Positions 13,801-24,930 of a DNA stretch of 57,312 bases are shown one piece after another. A model generated the notes under the pieces. It ran no database searches. It was not told where the DNA came from and saw only the letters and a list, made by a program, of their open reading frames with translations. The translations under genes and the position numbers were made by a program. The stretch's first letter is position 1. The number at the start of each line of letters is the position of its first letter. Origin of the DNA: Ministeria vibrans ATCC 50519 (lineage: Eukaryota; Protista; Filasterea); NCBI GenBank assembly GCA_943704425.1, contig CALSCP010000642.1:48238-105549 (forward strand). The letters run 5' to 3'.

Positions 13801-16800
13801 CCGGCCAACAACGAGTGTACGCTCGGATCTGCGTCAGTGTGCGCCGCCGGTTCGTACCAGGAGCTCACTGGTCAGTCGGCGTGCATCACGTGTACCGACG
13901 GCTACGAGTGTGCTAACGGCGCGCGGACACAGTGTGACGAAGGCAAGTACTCGGACGCGTCGACTCAGCGTGTGTGTGCCACATGCCTCGACGGCCACTT
14001 CTGCACAGCAGGCCTCATTGCAACCTGTCCCGATGGCAGCTACACGCTCCAGGCGGGCTCGGCATCGTGCACCACCTGCCCCGTCGGCTACTCATGCGCG
14101 AGCGGTGTGGCGACTCTATGTGGTGTTGGCTCCTATGCGGCAAGCACGGGTCAAAGCTCATGCGATGAGTGTGCCGCTGGTCATGCCTGTGCCAACGGTG
14201 TGCAGACGCCGTGTGCCGTGGGAACCTACCAGATCCTCACGGGACAGGAGGAGTGCCTGGGCTGCCCCGCCGCCCACACTTGCCAGGGTGCTACTGCCAA
14301 GCCGATCATCTGCGCTGCGGGTACGCATCAGCCCGACACTGGCCGCTCCAACTGTCTCTCGTGTGACGCTGGCAACTTCTGCGTCCAGGGTGTGCAGGCG
14401 CCGTGCGCCGCTGAGTGGTACCAGGAGCAGGCAGGCCAGTCGGCATGCGTTACGTGTGCGTCCGTCACCTCAAACAAGTACTGTGACAGCGGTCGTCTTG
14501 TGGCATGCCCCTCGGGCTACACTTGCTCGAAGGGCACCAAGATTGACACAAACGAGTGTCTGTCGGCCGCAACCAACGAGTGTGCACAGCTGTGCCTTAA
14601 CAATGACGGCGGCTACTCGTGTGGCTGTCAACTGGGCTACTCAAAGATTGATAATGGCTACTCGACCGACAAGGCAGGTGGTTGTGTGCTCAGCCAGAAT
14701 GTCACCGACGTTCTTGGACCCCAGCCGACGAGCGCCGCCAACCGTGTCATTGATGCTTGGTCGCCCAAGTGGGGCGTGACGACAGACACGCCGACGGTCA
14801 CCTTCAACGCCACCGGATTTGAAGATGCCTCCGTGGTCGAGCTGTACACGTACGACGGCACTGACTCAAGCGCAAACTTTGTCGACTACAGCGTTTGCAC
14901 GTTCCTCGCGGCGACTGGACGTAAGTCTCATTTTGCATGTGAGGTTGCATCGCCCGGCTCGCGCTCGCAGACGGTCTACCTGTACATCAGCGCCGACCAG
15001 GGTGCCAGTCTTGTGGCGACTAACGAGCCGATGGAGTTCACCTTCTTCGCGCCGCCTCCCGGCATGATTGCCGCGCCCTTCTCAAGCACTGGTGGCAGCA
15101 TTGATGTTGTCTTTGGATCGGAGGCACAGGCAGTTGCGACCACCGACTTCGTGGCGGGCGATTGCAACGCCTTCTTTGACTCGGCCACCACGACCAAGCT
15201 TGGTGCTGCAAGCCAGTGCCGGTTTGTCGACTCGTTCACTCTGAGCATTCTGCTCGGCTCAACAGCCACCATCAAGCCTACGGACACGCTCGTCCTTCGC
15301 GATTTCCCTCTTGTGGGCGTCACCCGTGGCGGCGTCGAGGCATACAACCAGACATACGCAATCATTTCCAGTGGCTCGATTGCCGTGACCGCACCCGAGA
15401 CTCTGCCGTCCCCCGTGATTTCGCTGCAAGGACCTGCCCAGCTCGACGCGTGCAACGACTACACGCTCACCGCGTCTGTTCAGAGTGGTGGTGCTGGCCG
15501 CCCAGTGTCCTTCAACTGGGGCTTGGTTGAGTCGTCGGTCAACTCGTCGCTGTCCTTTGACGTCGCTAGCTTTGTCAGCACGGTGACGACCAACCCGTTG
15601 GTGGTGCCACGCCACTTGTTTGTGGACAATGCCTGGTTCCAATTCGAGGTGATTGTCAAGAACTTCTTCGACGGTCATGGTACGTCCACGTCGCCCAAGG
15701 TGACCGTCAGTGCCGACCAGCTGCCCGTCGTAACCATTAATGGCCCGGCGAGCATCTCGGCGCTGCCCACTCAAATTACAACGATTGAGGCGAGCGTTAA
15801 GACCACTTCGTGTCTTGCGGAGCAGGATGTGCCCACCTTCCAGTGGACTTCGTTGCCCGTGATCAGCGGTGGACTGGGACCATCGCAGACGACCACGTCG
15901 CTCACGCTCATGCCTGGTGTGCTCTCTGCGGGCGTTACATACACCTTTTCGCTGCAGGCCACGTCCAAGGACACCACCACGGGCGCTATTGTGCAGCCTC
16001 TGCCGGCCACGGTTGAGGTGGTTGCCGAGCACGCCTCGCTAGAGATCAAGGGAGTGACACAGGAGATTTCGGCGTTCACGTCGCAACAGATCAACCTGGC
16101 GCCTTACTGTAGCGATCCCGATGTTGGACCTAAGGGCGACAGCAATGTCGACCAGTGTGCCTACACATGGACCTGCTCATACACTGTCTTTGGCATCTCG
16201 ACGCCTTGTCCGTCGTTCACTGCCGGCTCGCGTCTGCTGTCGTTCGCCGCCGATTCGTTTGCGGATCAAGGTACCGTTGAGCTTACGGTGACTGCCACCA
16301 AGGACACACGCACCAAGAAGCACACAACGACCATTTCGCTGCTGCTTTCCGAGGAGGGTGGCGAGGCCTACCTCCCCATGGTCGCTGTTGTCGCGCAGCA
16401 ATCCGGCGTGAACCCTACGGACAACATTCGTCTGACGGCGACGCTGTATGACGACGAGGGTGCCGCACTGGACGGCTTCCGCGAGCTCAGCTGGTCCGTC
16501 GACACGGTGGTCAACTACGGTACGGCCGACCTGACTGCCGCGGGCACTGTGTGCTCGGTGAACGGCGTGACGTCGTTGCCAACACTCTGTGTTGCTGCTT
16601 CGACCTTGGGCGCCAACCGTCTTTACCGATTCCGCATGACTGACGTTGCCACAGGCTCGTACGGTTTCGTCGATGTCTATGTCAACAGCGGCCCTACTGG
16701 CGGTGCACTGACGGTGACGCCCGCGTCCGGCGGCGTTGCGATGTCCACCTTGTTCATGCTGTCGGCCGACCAGTTTGCCGATGCGCACTCGCCCATCCAG

Positions 16801-18678
16801 TACCTGATGAGCTTTGTCGATTCGACTGGCGCGGCACACGTGCTGAGCCCGCTGTCGCCGTCGGCGACATTCGAGACGATGCTTCCGGCGGGCTCGTCCA
16901 AGGACAACAAGCTGACGCTGCGCGTGACCGCCGTGGATGCGTTTGGAGCCTCGTCGAGTGTGGACACAACCATCACACTGCTGCCGTGGGAGTCACCGGC
17001 GCCCACTGCAGCCGAGATTGACGCGGAGCTGTGCGACCAGATGGGCGTGGCCGTCAGTGTTCTTGACCCGGCGCAGACTGCAAGTTACGTTTCGGGCATG
17101 TACGGCGTGCTGCAGACGGTGAAGGAAGAGACGGCCTCATGCACGTCGTGCCGGGCGCAGGTGATCAATGAAATTGGCGAGCGCATTGGCCTTGTCTTCA
17201 GCACCATGGCGGGAACCATTGAAGAGCTCCAGCAAGTTGCGGACATGACCGAGCTTGCTCTTTCCATGGGACAGAGCTGCCAGTCGGAAAAGTTGACGAA
17301 CATGGAGTTCTGGTGCAAGAGCATGCAGCTGACGCTTAACGCTTACATGCTCCCGCTGTCGTCGTACTACACGCAAACGGGTGCACTACCCACAAGTCAG
17401 GTTGATCCGGAGACGTCTCAGCAGCTTGTGAACATTTTGAACCTGCAGACGTCACTTGGATGCGAGCAGAACATGGAGGCGATCACTGGCCAGATTGCGC
17501 TGATTTCGTCGTTCCTCATGGCGCCCGGTGACGCGCCTCTGTCGTACGTGAGCGGCAACATGCGCGTGTCGTTCAGCAAAGTCAACCTCATGGTCGACTC
17601 GAACAACGGCACGGTGGGCGGTGTTATGTGTGCTTCGGGCTCAACCTGCCCGTCGGTGACCTTTGACCGTGACCAGCTCGTTGATATTATTGGTGATCTC
17701 CAGAACGTCCTTATTGTGGCCAACATGTACGAGACGGCGCCTTTCTCGGCTGAGTCGTGGGCGGCCATTGCCACGTGCGGCAACTCGCAGACGGTCGAAG
17801 TGCAGCTGATTGACGCTGCCGTGATGGAGGTGGAAGCTCTTGAGATCTCGGGCATGACGCAGCCCGCGGAGATTGTCATTCCGTACCCGAGCAACTGCGC
17901 CTCGACGGTGATTATTGCGGCCAAGTGCGAGTGGTACAACGAGACGTCGAAGACGTGGGTCGAGTCAGGTGTGCAAGGCGTCGTTGTGAACGGCGTCACG
18001 ACATGCGAGACTTCGCACTTGACTGCCTTTCAGATGGTCACCACCTACGACGTTGACGACGGCGCTCAGGGCTCCGGCTCAGGCAGTTCGTCGTCGTCGT
18101 CGTCGATGGTTCTGTACGGCGCCATTGCCGGTGTGGCCATATTCGCCGTGGTCATCATTGCGCTCATTGCGCTGTTTGTGCATCGCAACAGCGAGAAGTA
18201 CAACCGCGGCACAATCTTTAATGTGATGAGCAAGACGGAGAACGAGACGGAGAAGAAGAAGGGATTCAACATGTACATCCTGCAGGAGCACGGTCTGGAG
18301 GTGCCGACGACCGAGAGCGACCGCACCGACGGTCTCTGGGAGAACCAGAAGTCTGCCGAGGACGAGATGTACGGGTCGATCGAGGACAGCGTCTCGCATG
18401 GTGGTGGACTTGCCAAGCAGCCCAGCATGAATTCGCAGTCGTCCTTCTGGATCAACCCGATGCTTCTGCTCGACGGCGCGACCACTGAGGAGTCGACTGC
18501 CGACGGCGCCATGATTCTTGACGACTCGTCGGCCGGCGGGTTCTCGTCGACGGCGAGTGCTGCTGCGCGTCGTCAGAGCATCATTACGTCGCTTGCAAGC
18601 GCCAACATGCTGACAGACCGCGCTCTGCAGCCCATGAACTCAATGATCGAGGACCCCGACACGGAGTTTATGTGTTGA
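1824..18678 (+). CDS. Giant type I membrane protein (~5,540 aa nominal, including N gaps): signal peptide, poly-Arg, GCC2/GCC3 (ephrin-receptor-like) Cys repeats, cbEGF, PKD/REJ-like region, GAIN/GPS, single TM
   Basis: Exons 1824-2174, 2353-2506, 2570-18678, joined by GT-AG introns of phase 0 and 1 that keep the frame. Signal peptide MTNIRLLLVVLATLLSAVVAA. About 12 kb of CxxCxxGxY/CxxGxxC repeats. cbEGF DTNEC...CLNNDGGYSCGC at ~14545. REJ-like VNSGPTGGALTVTP...FADAHSPIQY. GPS CEWY...W...G...CETSHLTAF at 17926-18030. TM at 18106-18180. Confidence 0.9.
6587..7067. repeat. 112-bp exact direct duplication (6587-6698 = 6956-7067) flanking an N gap
   Basis: Identical sequence on both sides of gap 6699-6955, offset 369 nt. 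Confidence 0.9.
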
Positions 18679-18914
18679 GGAAGACAGAACAGAGAGAAAG
18701 AGGAAAGAGAGAAAGAGAGAGAAACAAAGAGACTTTCTTGTGACAATCAACCAGCAGGTGTAATATTGTAGGCGGTTGGTTGACGATCACATGCATGACT
18801 CAATGAATAAAGACTGTTGGCGAATGGCGAATAGATTATAATTATATCTGATCAGAAAGGAAGTTTAAAATTATACACTGATTCAGATTGATTTTCTTTG
18901 TTTTCTTTAAATCA

Positions 18915-20103
18915 ATGAGCCACCTTGCGTATATTATGGACTGGGCCCGAGACCACCCGATTGGAGCGGCGGTGGCGCTTGGAGTTTCAGCGTGGGTGGT
19001 GAAGAAGCATGTTGATTACTATTGGCCATGCAAGTGCTGCTGCAAGAAGCAAGAGACGAGCGACAATGTGTACGAGGGCGACCGGATGCTTGCCGAGTAC
19101 CTTACGCTGCACTATGCGCCCGCGAGCGTCGTCCAGCCGTACTCCTTTGGGCCCCAGGGCGCGACGGACTTCCCGTTGCGCTGTGCCGAGGTACGCGTGT
19201 AAAAGCAAGATTCTTGTCGTGCCACTGGTTCGTGCAGCTGTTGCACTCATGCCTGTGATCGACTGCGAGCCCACTGGTGATTTGTTTTTGGCGTCTTTCT
19301 CATTCCGATGGCGCCACGAAATATGCGCCCAATTTCGCACTGCTCATTTCTGCCCACTCTCACACCCACACTTCCCCTTTCTCTTCCCCTTGCCTTGTAG
19401 CTGTGTGTGAAGCACCAGCCAAAGGGAAAGCGAGCTCGCGCGCTTGATATTGGCTGTGCAGTGGGTCGATCGTCTTTTGAGCTGGCTCGATCATTCGATT
19501 CGGTTCTGGGCATGGATCTGTCGGCGTCGTTCATCAACTGTGCCAACGATCTCAAAGCAAACGGCTCGCGCGACTTCCATCTTACGGACTGTTTTGAATT
19601 GACGACGCCCTGCGAAGCGCGTATTGATCAGGACATTGTAAGCGTCGCTGTGACGGGGTTGCCCTACATGAACCTCTCCCCTAAATTGATGTGTCTTTTT
19701 CGTTTCGTAGGATCGATCCAAGACATCTTTTGCCGTTGCCGACGCGTGTCAATTGAACCTGTCGGCTCTCGGTCAGTTTGATCTGGTACTCGCAGCCAAC
19801 CTCATCTGCCGTTTGCCCGACCCACGCAAGTTTCTCAGCGATGCCGGAGCGCTCGTTGCCTCGGGTGGCCACCTGGTGATCATGAGCCCGTTCACCTTCA
19901 TGACGGAATACACGCCTCGTGACAAGCTTGTGGCGGGCTACATGCGCGACGGAAAGCGCTTTGAGGGCATCGACGGTCTTCATGAGTGTCTTGACGGTGC
20001 CTTTACGCTGGTTCACACCGAAGACATGCCCTTCTTCATCCGCGAAACTGCGCGCAAAAACCAATGGACCGTTTCTCAGGCGACCGTCTGGAAGCGCAAG
20101 TAG
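18915..20103 (+). CDS. SAM-dependent methyltransferase of the OvoA C-terminal type (putative mercaptohistidine N-methyltransferase), stand-alone, ~301 aa
   Basis: Exons 18915-19190, 19401-19637, 19711-20103, both introns phase 0. Motifs NVYE...LAEYLTLHY, FPLRCAELC, RALDIGCAVGRSSFELAR, FDLVLAANLICRLPDP, SPFTFMTEYTP and MPFFIRETARKNQWTVSQATVW match the OvoA methyltransferase domain as I recall it. Confidence 0.85.
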
Positions 20104-20548
20104 CAATGTGTACATATTCCTTGGCCTAATTCAGTTACATTGGGTGATTTGAGACCATACTTATTATTATCATTAGAATAATATTATTAGGAAATTAATA
20201 GAGTAATAGAGAGTAGAGGTAGTGATCAGTAGTAAAAGTCTTTGGTCGCTATATCACGTCACTTGTCTGGCCATCATTCATCAGGCAACCTGTCTTCACT
20301 CCATGAGTCTCCCTCTCGACGCAGGTGTAGTTTAGAAAGTGATTCTGAGCTGTTTTTGTGTGGTGGATAATAAACAAAATTGATAATCTCTTCCGACTTC
20401 TTATTATAAAAATAATTAAAATATAAATTATAACTATTATTATTAATTATTTGCTCTACTCCAGTGAGATGTCATCAGACAGTGACGAGTTTCTACCGAC
20501 GCCGTCAAGCCGGTAAGGGTACATTTGTGTAAAGGGAACAGGACACGA

Positions 20549-22332
20549 ATGCGACTCATGAAAAACGCGATTGCCAGATCGGCTCGAAAGCGCCCCGCAG
20601 CTGTTGTCGTTGTAAGCTCGAGTGGACAAAGTGATAGTGACGACCAACCAGTGATTCCGCGCTCGAAAGTTCGACGAGCGGCGACGAAGAAGCGCACAGT
20701 TGTCGAAACGGTGGACTCGGACGCGATCAGCTCAGCCTCCGAGAGCGAGTTTAACGACGACGCGGGCGACAGCGACGACGACAACGACGACGACGATCTG
20801 TTTGCACCGGTGAGCAAGAAGAAACGTACGCCTGTGAAGAAAGCAGCAGCATCGACAGCGAAAACACCTTCGACGCCCAAAACGACCGCCACAACAACAG
20901 CAAAATCATCCTCATCCAAGCGCGTGATGGCCAACGGCAAAGGCAAGGCGTCCCCATCAACGCCCACCACTACCCCTAAGACAGCTACTGCGCGAGGCTC
21001 CAAGAAGAAGGCGGCCGCTCCAAAGGCACTGGAAGAATCGGAATTGGCTGAGGAGCGCGAGCTGCGTCTGGCGCGTGAGAAGGTCTGCGAAGAGTAAGTG
21101 AGCCCTCAGCTTAATCTTTACGCTCAACACCCACCCCTAATATTATTTCTACGCGCATCTTGTTTTCCATCTCTCTTACTCTCTGTTTCTCAGTCTCAAA
21201 ATGCGCGTGAGAGGACGTACGTTTGCCACCGAGATGCAAAAGGCAGACAAACTGCTGAACCATCCTCCAGGTAAGCGTGTCTGAGACGGACGTGTAGCGC
21301 TCTTTCACGCGAAGTTTATATTACTAATACCTTTACTTTTATTATTATTATTATTATTATTGTTCTTATGACAATAATATTATATTTTTAGAGCTTGTGG
21401 GGTGCAACGGCGGAACGATTGTGAAGCGACAGGACAAAGTGAAAGGGAACTATCTTGTGTCATTTCCCGGGCGGTTCCGGTTGCTGCGTGCGGCGGCAGC
21501 TGCGGCGGGGGGCCGTATAGGCGCCGTCAAGGACATCGACTCGCCCACACCCGTTGTGTATGTGGACTTTGATAGCGGGCGTCTCAAGATGCACGGCGTT
21601 GTGGTGCGCCCGACAACCCGCTTTCATACGCTTGAGTGCAATCCCGACAGTACGAACAACGAAAAATAGAAACACTTTTACTTTGCCATCGGTTTCTTCT
21701 TGTTAAATTGTATTTTGTCTTTGTGTTTCTAGAGAAATCGATTCAGTTTACTGGGTCGTATGACAGTGTGATTGTGTTGTCGCAGTGTTATTGGATTGGG
21801 AGGGCCGAGGATAATCCGGAGGAAAAGGAACTGCCATTGCCTGAGGGACTCATTTCACCCCTTGAGATGTCGGTCGAGGGGACGCCAGTTAAGTCGCAGC
21901 AGCTGCAAGGGGGTGTGAAGCGGGCACGGGGTCAAGAGGAGGGAAATTATCAAAAGGAAGAAGGAATGGAGGAGGAGGAGGAGGAGGAGCTTAGTGCGAG
22001 TCAACGAACAAAGCGCGTGAGACGGAGCATTCTGAATTATGCAGAGCTGGGTGGAGGAAATGATAAGGATGATGATGATGAAGAAGGGGAAGAAGAAGAA
22101 GAAGAAGAAGAAGAAGAAGAAGAAGAAGAAGAAGAAGAAGAAGAAGAAGACGACGAGGAGGAGGTTAATGATAATGATGATGATAACGATGAAGAGGGAA
22201 ATGGAGAGTGTGAAGCCTCACAGGAATCGATTGTACTTGTGAAGAGTTCTCGAGAACGACCGCGGCGAGTTAGAAAGCTTGTGATCGAAGAGGAAGAGGG
22301 CGATGAGGACGAGGACGAGGACCACGATGGCA

Positions 22333-22376
<44 letters not shown>

Positions 22377-22394
22377 GGTTTCAAAGATTTGTAA
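20549..22394 (+). CDS. RHL1: RHL1-like DNA topoisomerase VI accessory protein with an acidic C-terminal tail
   Basis: Exons 20549-21093, 21194-21270, 21392-21649, 21733-22394 (phases 2,1,1, consistent). Core YLVSFPGRF...GRIGAVKDIDSPTPVVYVDFDSGRLKMHGVVVRPTTRFHTL...YDSVIVLSQCYWIGRAEDNPEE parallels plant RHL1 (FLFSFPG...NPVLYLxFPQGRMKLFG...SWWIGTKEENPEE). The start codon could be 20558. Confidence 0.75.
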
Positions 22395-22399
22395 ATAAA

Positions 22400-22506
<107 letters not shown>

Positions 22507-22798
22507 TTTTAATAATTTTTTTTTTTCAATTTCTTATTAATTTCTGGAATCCATCCCCGAACTTCTGGGACGGCAGACGGCCAGAGTGAGCGAGTATCCG
22601 TTTTGTGACTCGTCGCTGAGTAAGATCCACCTCCCACATTTTCAGCCTGACAACATAGCGATTTTCATGTGTCATCTGTTAGAGCAAAGGAAATGTTTTC
22701 AAGTTTTATTCGCCTCCAACCGTCCAACGTAATTTAATTACATTTTTGGACCTCATTCGACATTCAAGTTGGCGTTGTTACCTTTCCCTCATCGTAGC

Positions 22799-24883
22799 AT
22801 GCTGCGGCTCCTTCTCTTGGCCGTTCTTTTGACCGCACTGCAAGGTACCGAATATTGACGTCACTCTTTCGGCGTTGCACTCTCTCGTCGCCTCTGGTCG
22901 TCGCCATGGATACTTCAAAGTAGTCTGTACTGGTGCTCCAGACATCTTCCGAATCGATTTATCCTGCCACCCTTTGTTGTTTCTGACTTTTCCGCATTCG
23001 TTTTCCTTTTTTTCCATTTTTCCATATTTTTTCTTCTTTTGGAACGTGCAGTGTCTGCCCAGTGCCTTAATGACGGCGTCCTGGTGGGCCCTCTATGCGA
23101 AGATCCCTACGAGCTTGTCTTTGGCAGCCCTTCGTCGAACGACACGAGCCCACTGGTGCAAGTAGATACAGAGAGGAACATTCTGTATATGTTTGGTTTG
23201 ACGACGGGCAGTGCTGCTGACGGGCTGCTCGGCGGCACCTTCCTCGTTGCGCAGAACCTGACTGCCAACGAGACGTTGTTTTCTATCAATGTGTTTGGCG
23301 ACGGCACCATAGCGACACCAAAGTACATCCTTGTGCGTCCGTTGGACTCAGACGCGAACACGCTTCGCCTCGCTGCCTTCGACGCCGCCACGAACACCTC
23401 CTTCTACTGCAAGTGCGACGCGCTCACGGGAACGCTTACCAGCGTACAGTCATTGTAAGGCAAACCTATCTTTATTTCATGCGCGACGTCCGTCGACTCA
23501 ATTTGTCTTCTGTTTGGTTTCCAGCGACGGCTTTGAATCTCGTTTGCTCGCCTACGTGAGCACCGACTCGATCATTTCGTTGGCTGTGGAGTCGTCGGGG
23601 AAGGTGCTCCTGCAACTTCACAATACACTCGACGAGGACACCATTCTGGACAGCTGGGAGATCATTGCTGCGGGACTCGACCCGGCCATTGAACCACTGG
23701 CCATGGTGGTTGACACTGTCAACGACAATGTTTACGTCATGTGTTCTACAGACCAACCGGTCACCGGCGTATCCTCGGGTAAAAAGGATATTACCTTCCA
23801 AAAGTTCAGTTTGCAGTCGTTCACCGTCACTGCAAGCCTGCAACTGACCAACTCCCGCGACAAGTTCGCCTGTCAAGGCTGTCTTGCCCTCGACATCATC
23901 GACAACGCCGTTTACGCTGTGGGCTACGGCACCGGCGACATGTTTGACCAGACGACAACCAGCATCGAAGAAAACACAGACTTGTTCCTGGTGCGCCTCA
24001 CCCTCGACCTCAAAGTTGTGTGGTTTCGCTATATCATCAAGATTCCATCGGACCGCCTCGTAGCGTCTGCTTTTGTCTTTGACGCCGTCCTCAACGTTGC
24101 GTACATTGCGAACCATCGATCGTCATCGACTTCCGGATTTTTCTTGCACATTGACACCGACTCATCTTTTGCCATCTACAACGATTTTTTTGACGGTCCC
24201 ACGTCCTCGCTTGCCTTCGATCCAATCCGCAAGGCTATTTACATCGGACGCGCCTCCAACTCGCAGTTATCCGACATCATTGTGACCTATCGCTGCAACC
24301 CTGCCTATCAGTGCGCCTGTACCGCTGGCTACGTTGGCTATTTGTGCGATTCGACTGGCCCCTGCACTGCCACTGCCTCAGCGGACTTTTGCCACTCGGT
24401 GGGCTCGTGTGTCGACACCTCGTCCTGCCTTCCTGCCTCTTCCGATCCTGCCTTTAACAACGCGTCGTACATCAACGGCGCGATGGGTCTCACTGCTGTC
24501 GAGCAGGAGAACCGTCTTTATCGTCACTACTACAAGGCGGCTGTTCCGGGTAGCGTGCAGGTCGATACGGAACGCGTCATCCACGTCTATAGTCTCTCTA
24601 CGGGCACTCTTTTGTCGACGAGCACGCAGCTCTTTGACGCCTACCTCTACGCCGCCGACTTTGCCATCGACGACAACATGTTCCTCGGCTACAACTCGGC
24701 TCACAACCTCTCTGAGCCAGTCGTCTGCACCGTCGTTCATCAGTTGTTCACCCAAACCTCCGATGTCTGGACTCAAGTGTACGCAGAGGGAAGGAACCTC
24801 ATTCGAGCCGTGGCATATGGTCCCGGAAACCAGGAAGTCTATGTCTTTGTCAATTCGAAAGGTAAAAAATTAAAAACAATATC

Positions 24884-24930
<47 letters not shown>

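Noticed and set aside
2822-17999. Many long alternative-frame and antisense ORFs over the giant gene
   Set aside because: Shadows of GC-rich, biased codon usage and N runs; the translations are featureless.
20220-20350. GC-richer island ending in CTGA as a possible C/D snoRNA
   Set aside because: No canonical C box with a terminal stem and no identifiable guide sequence.
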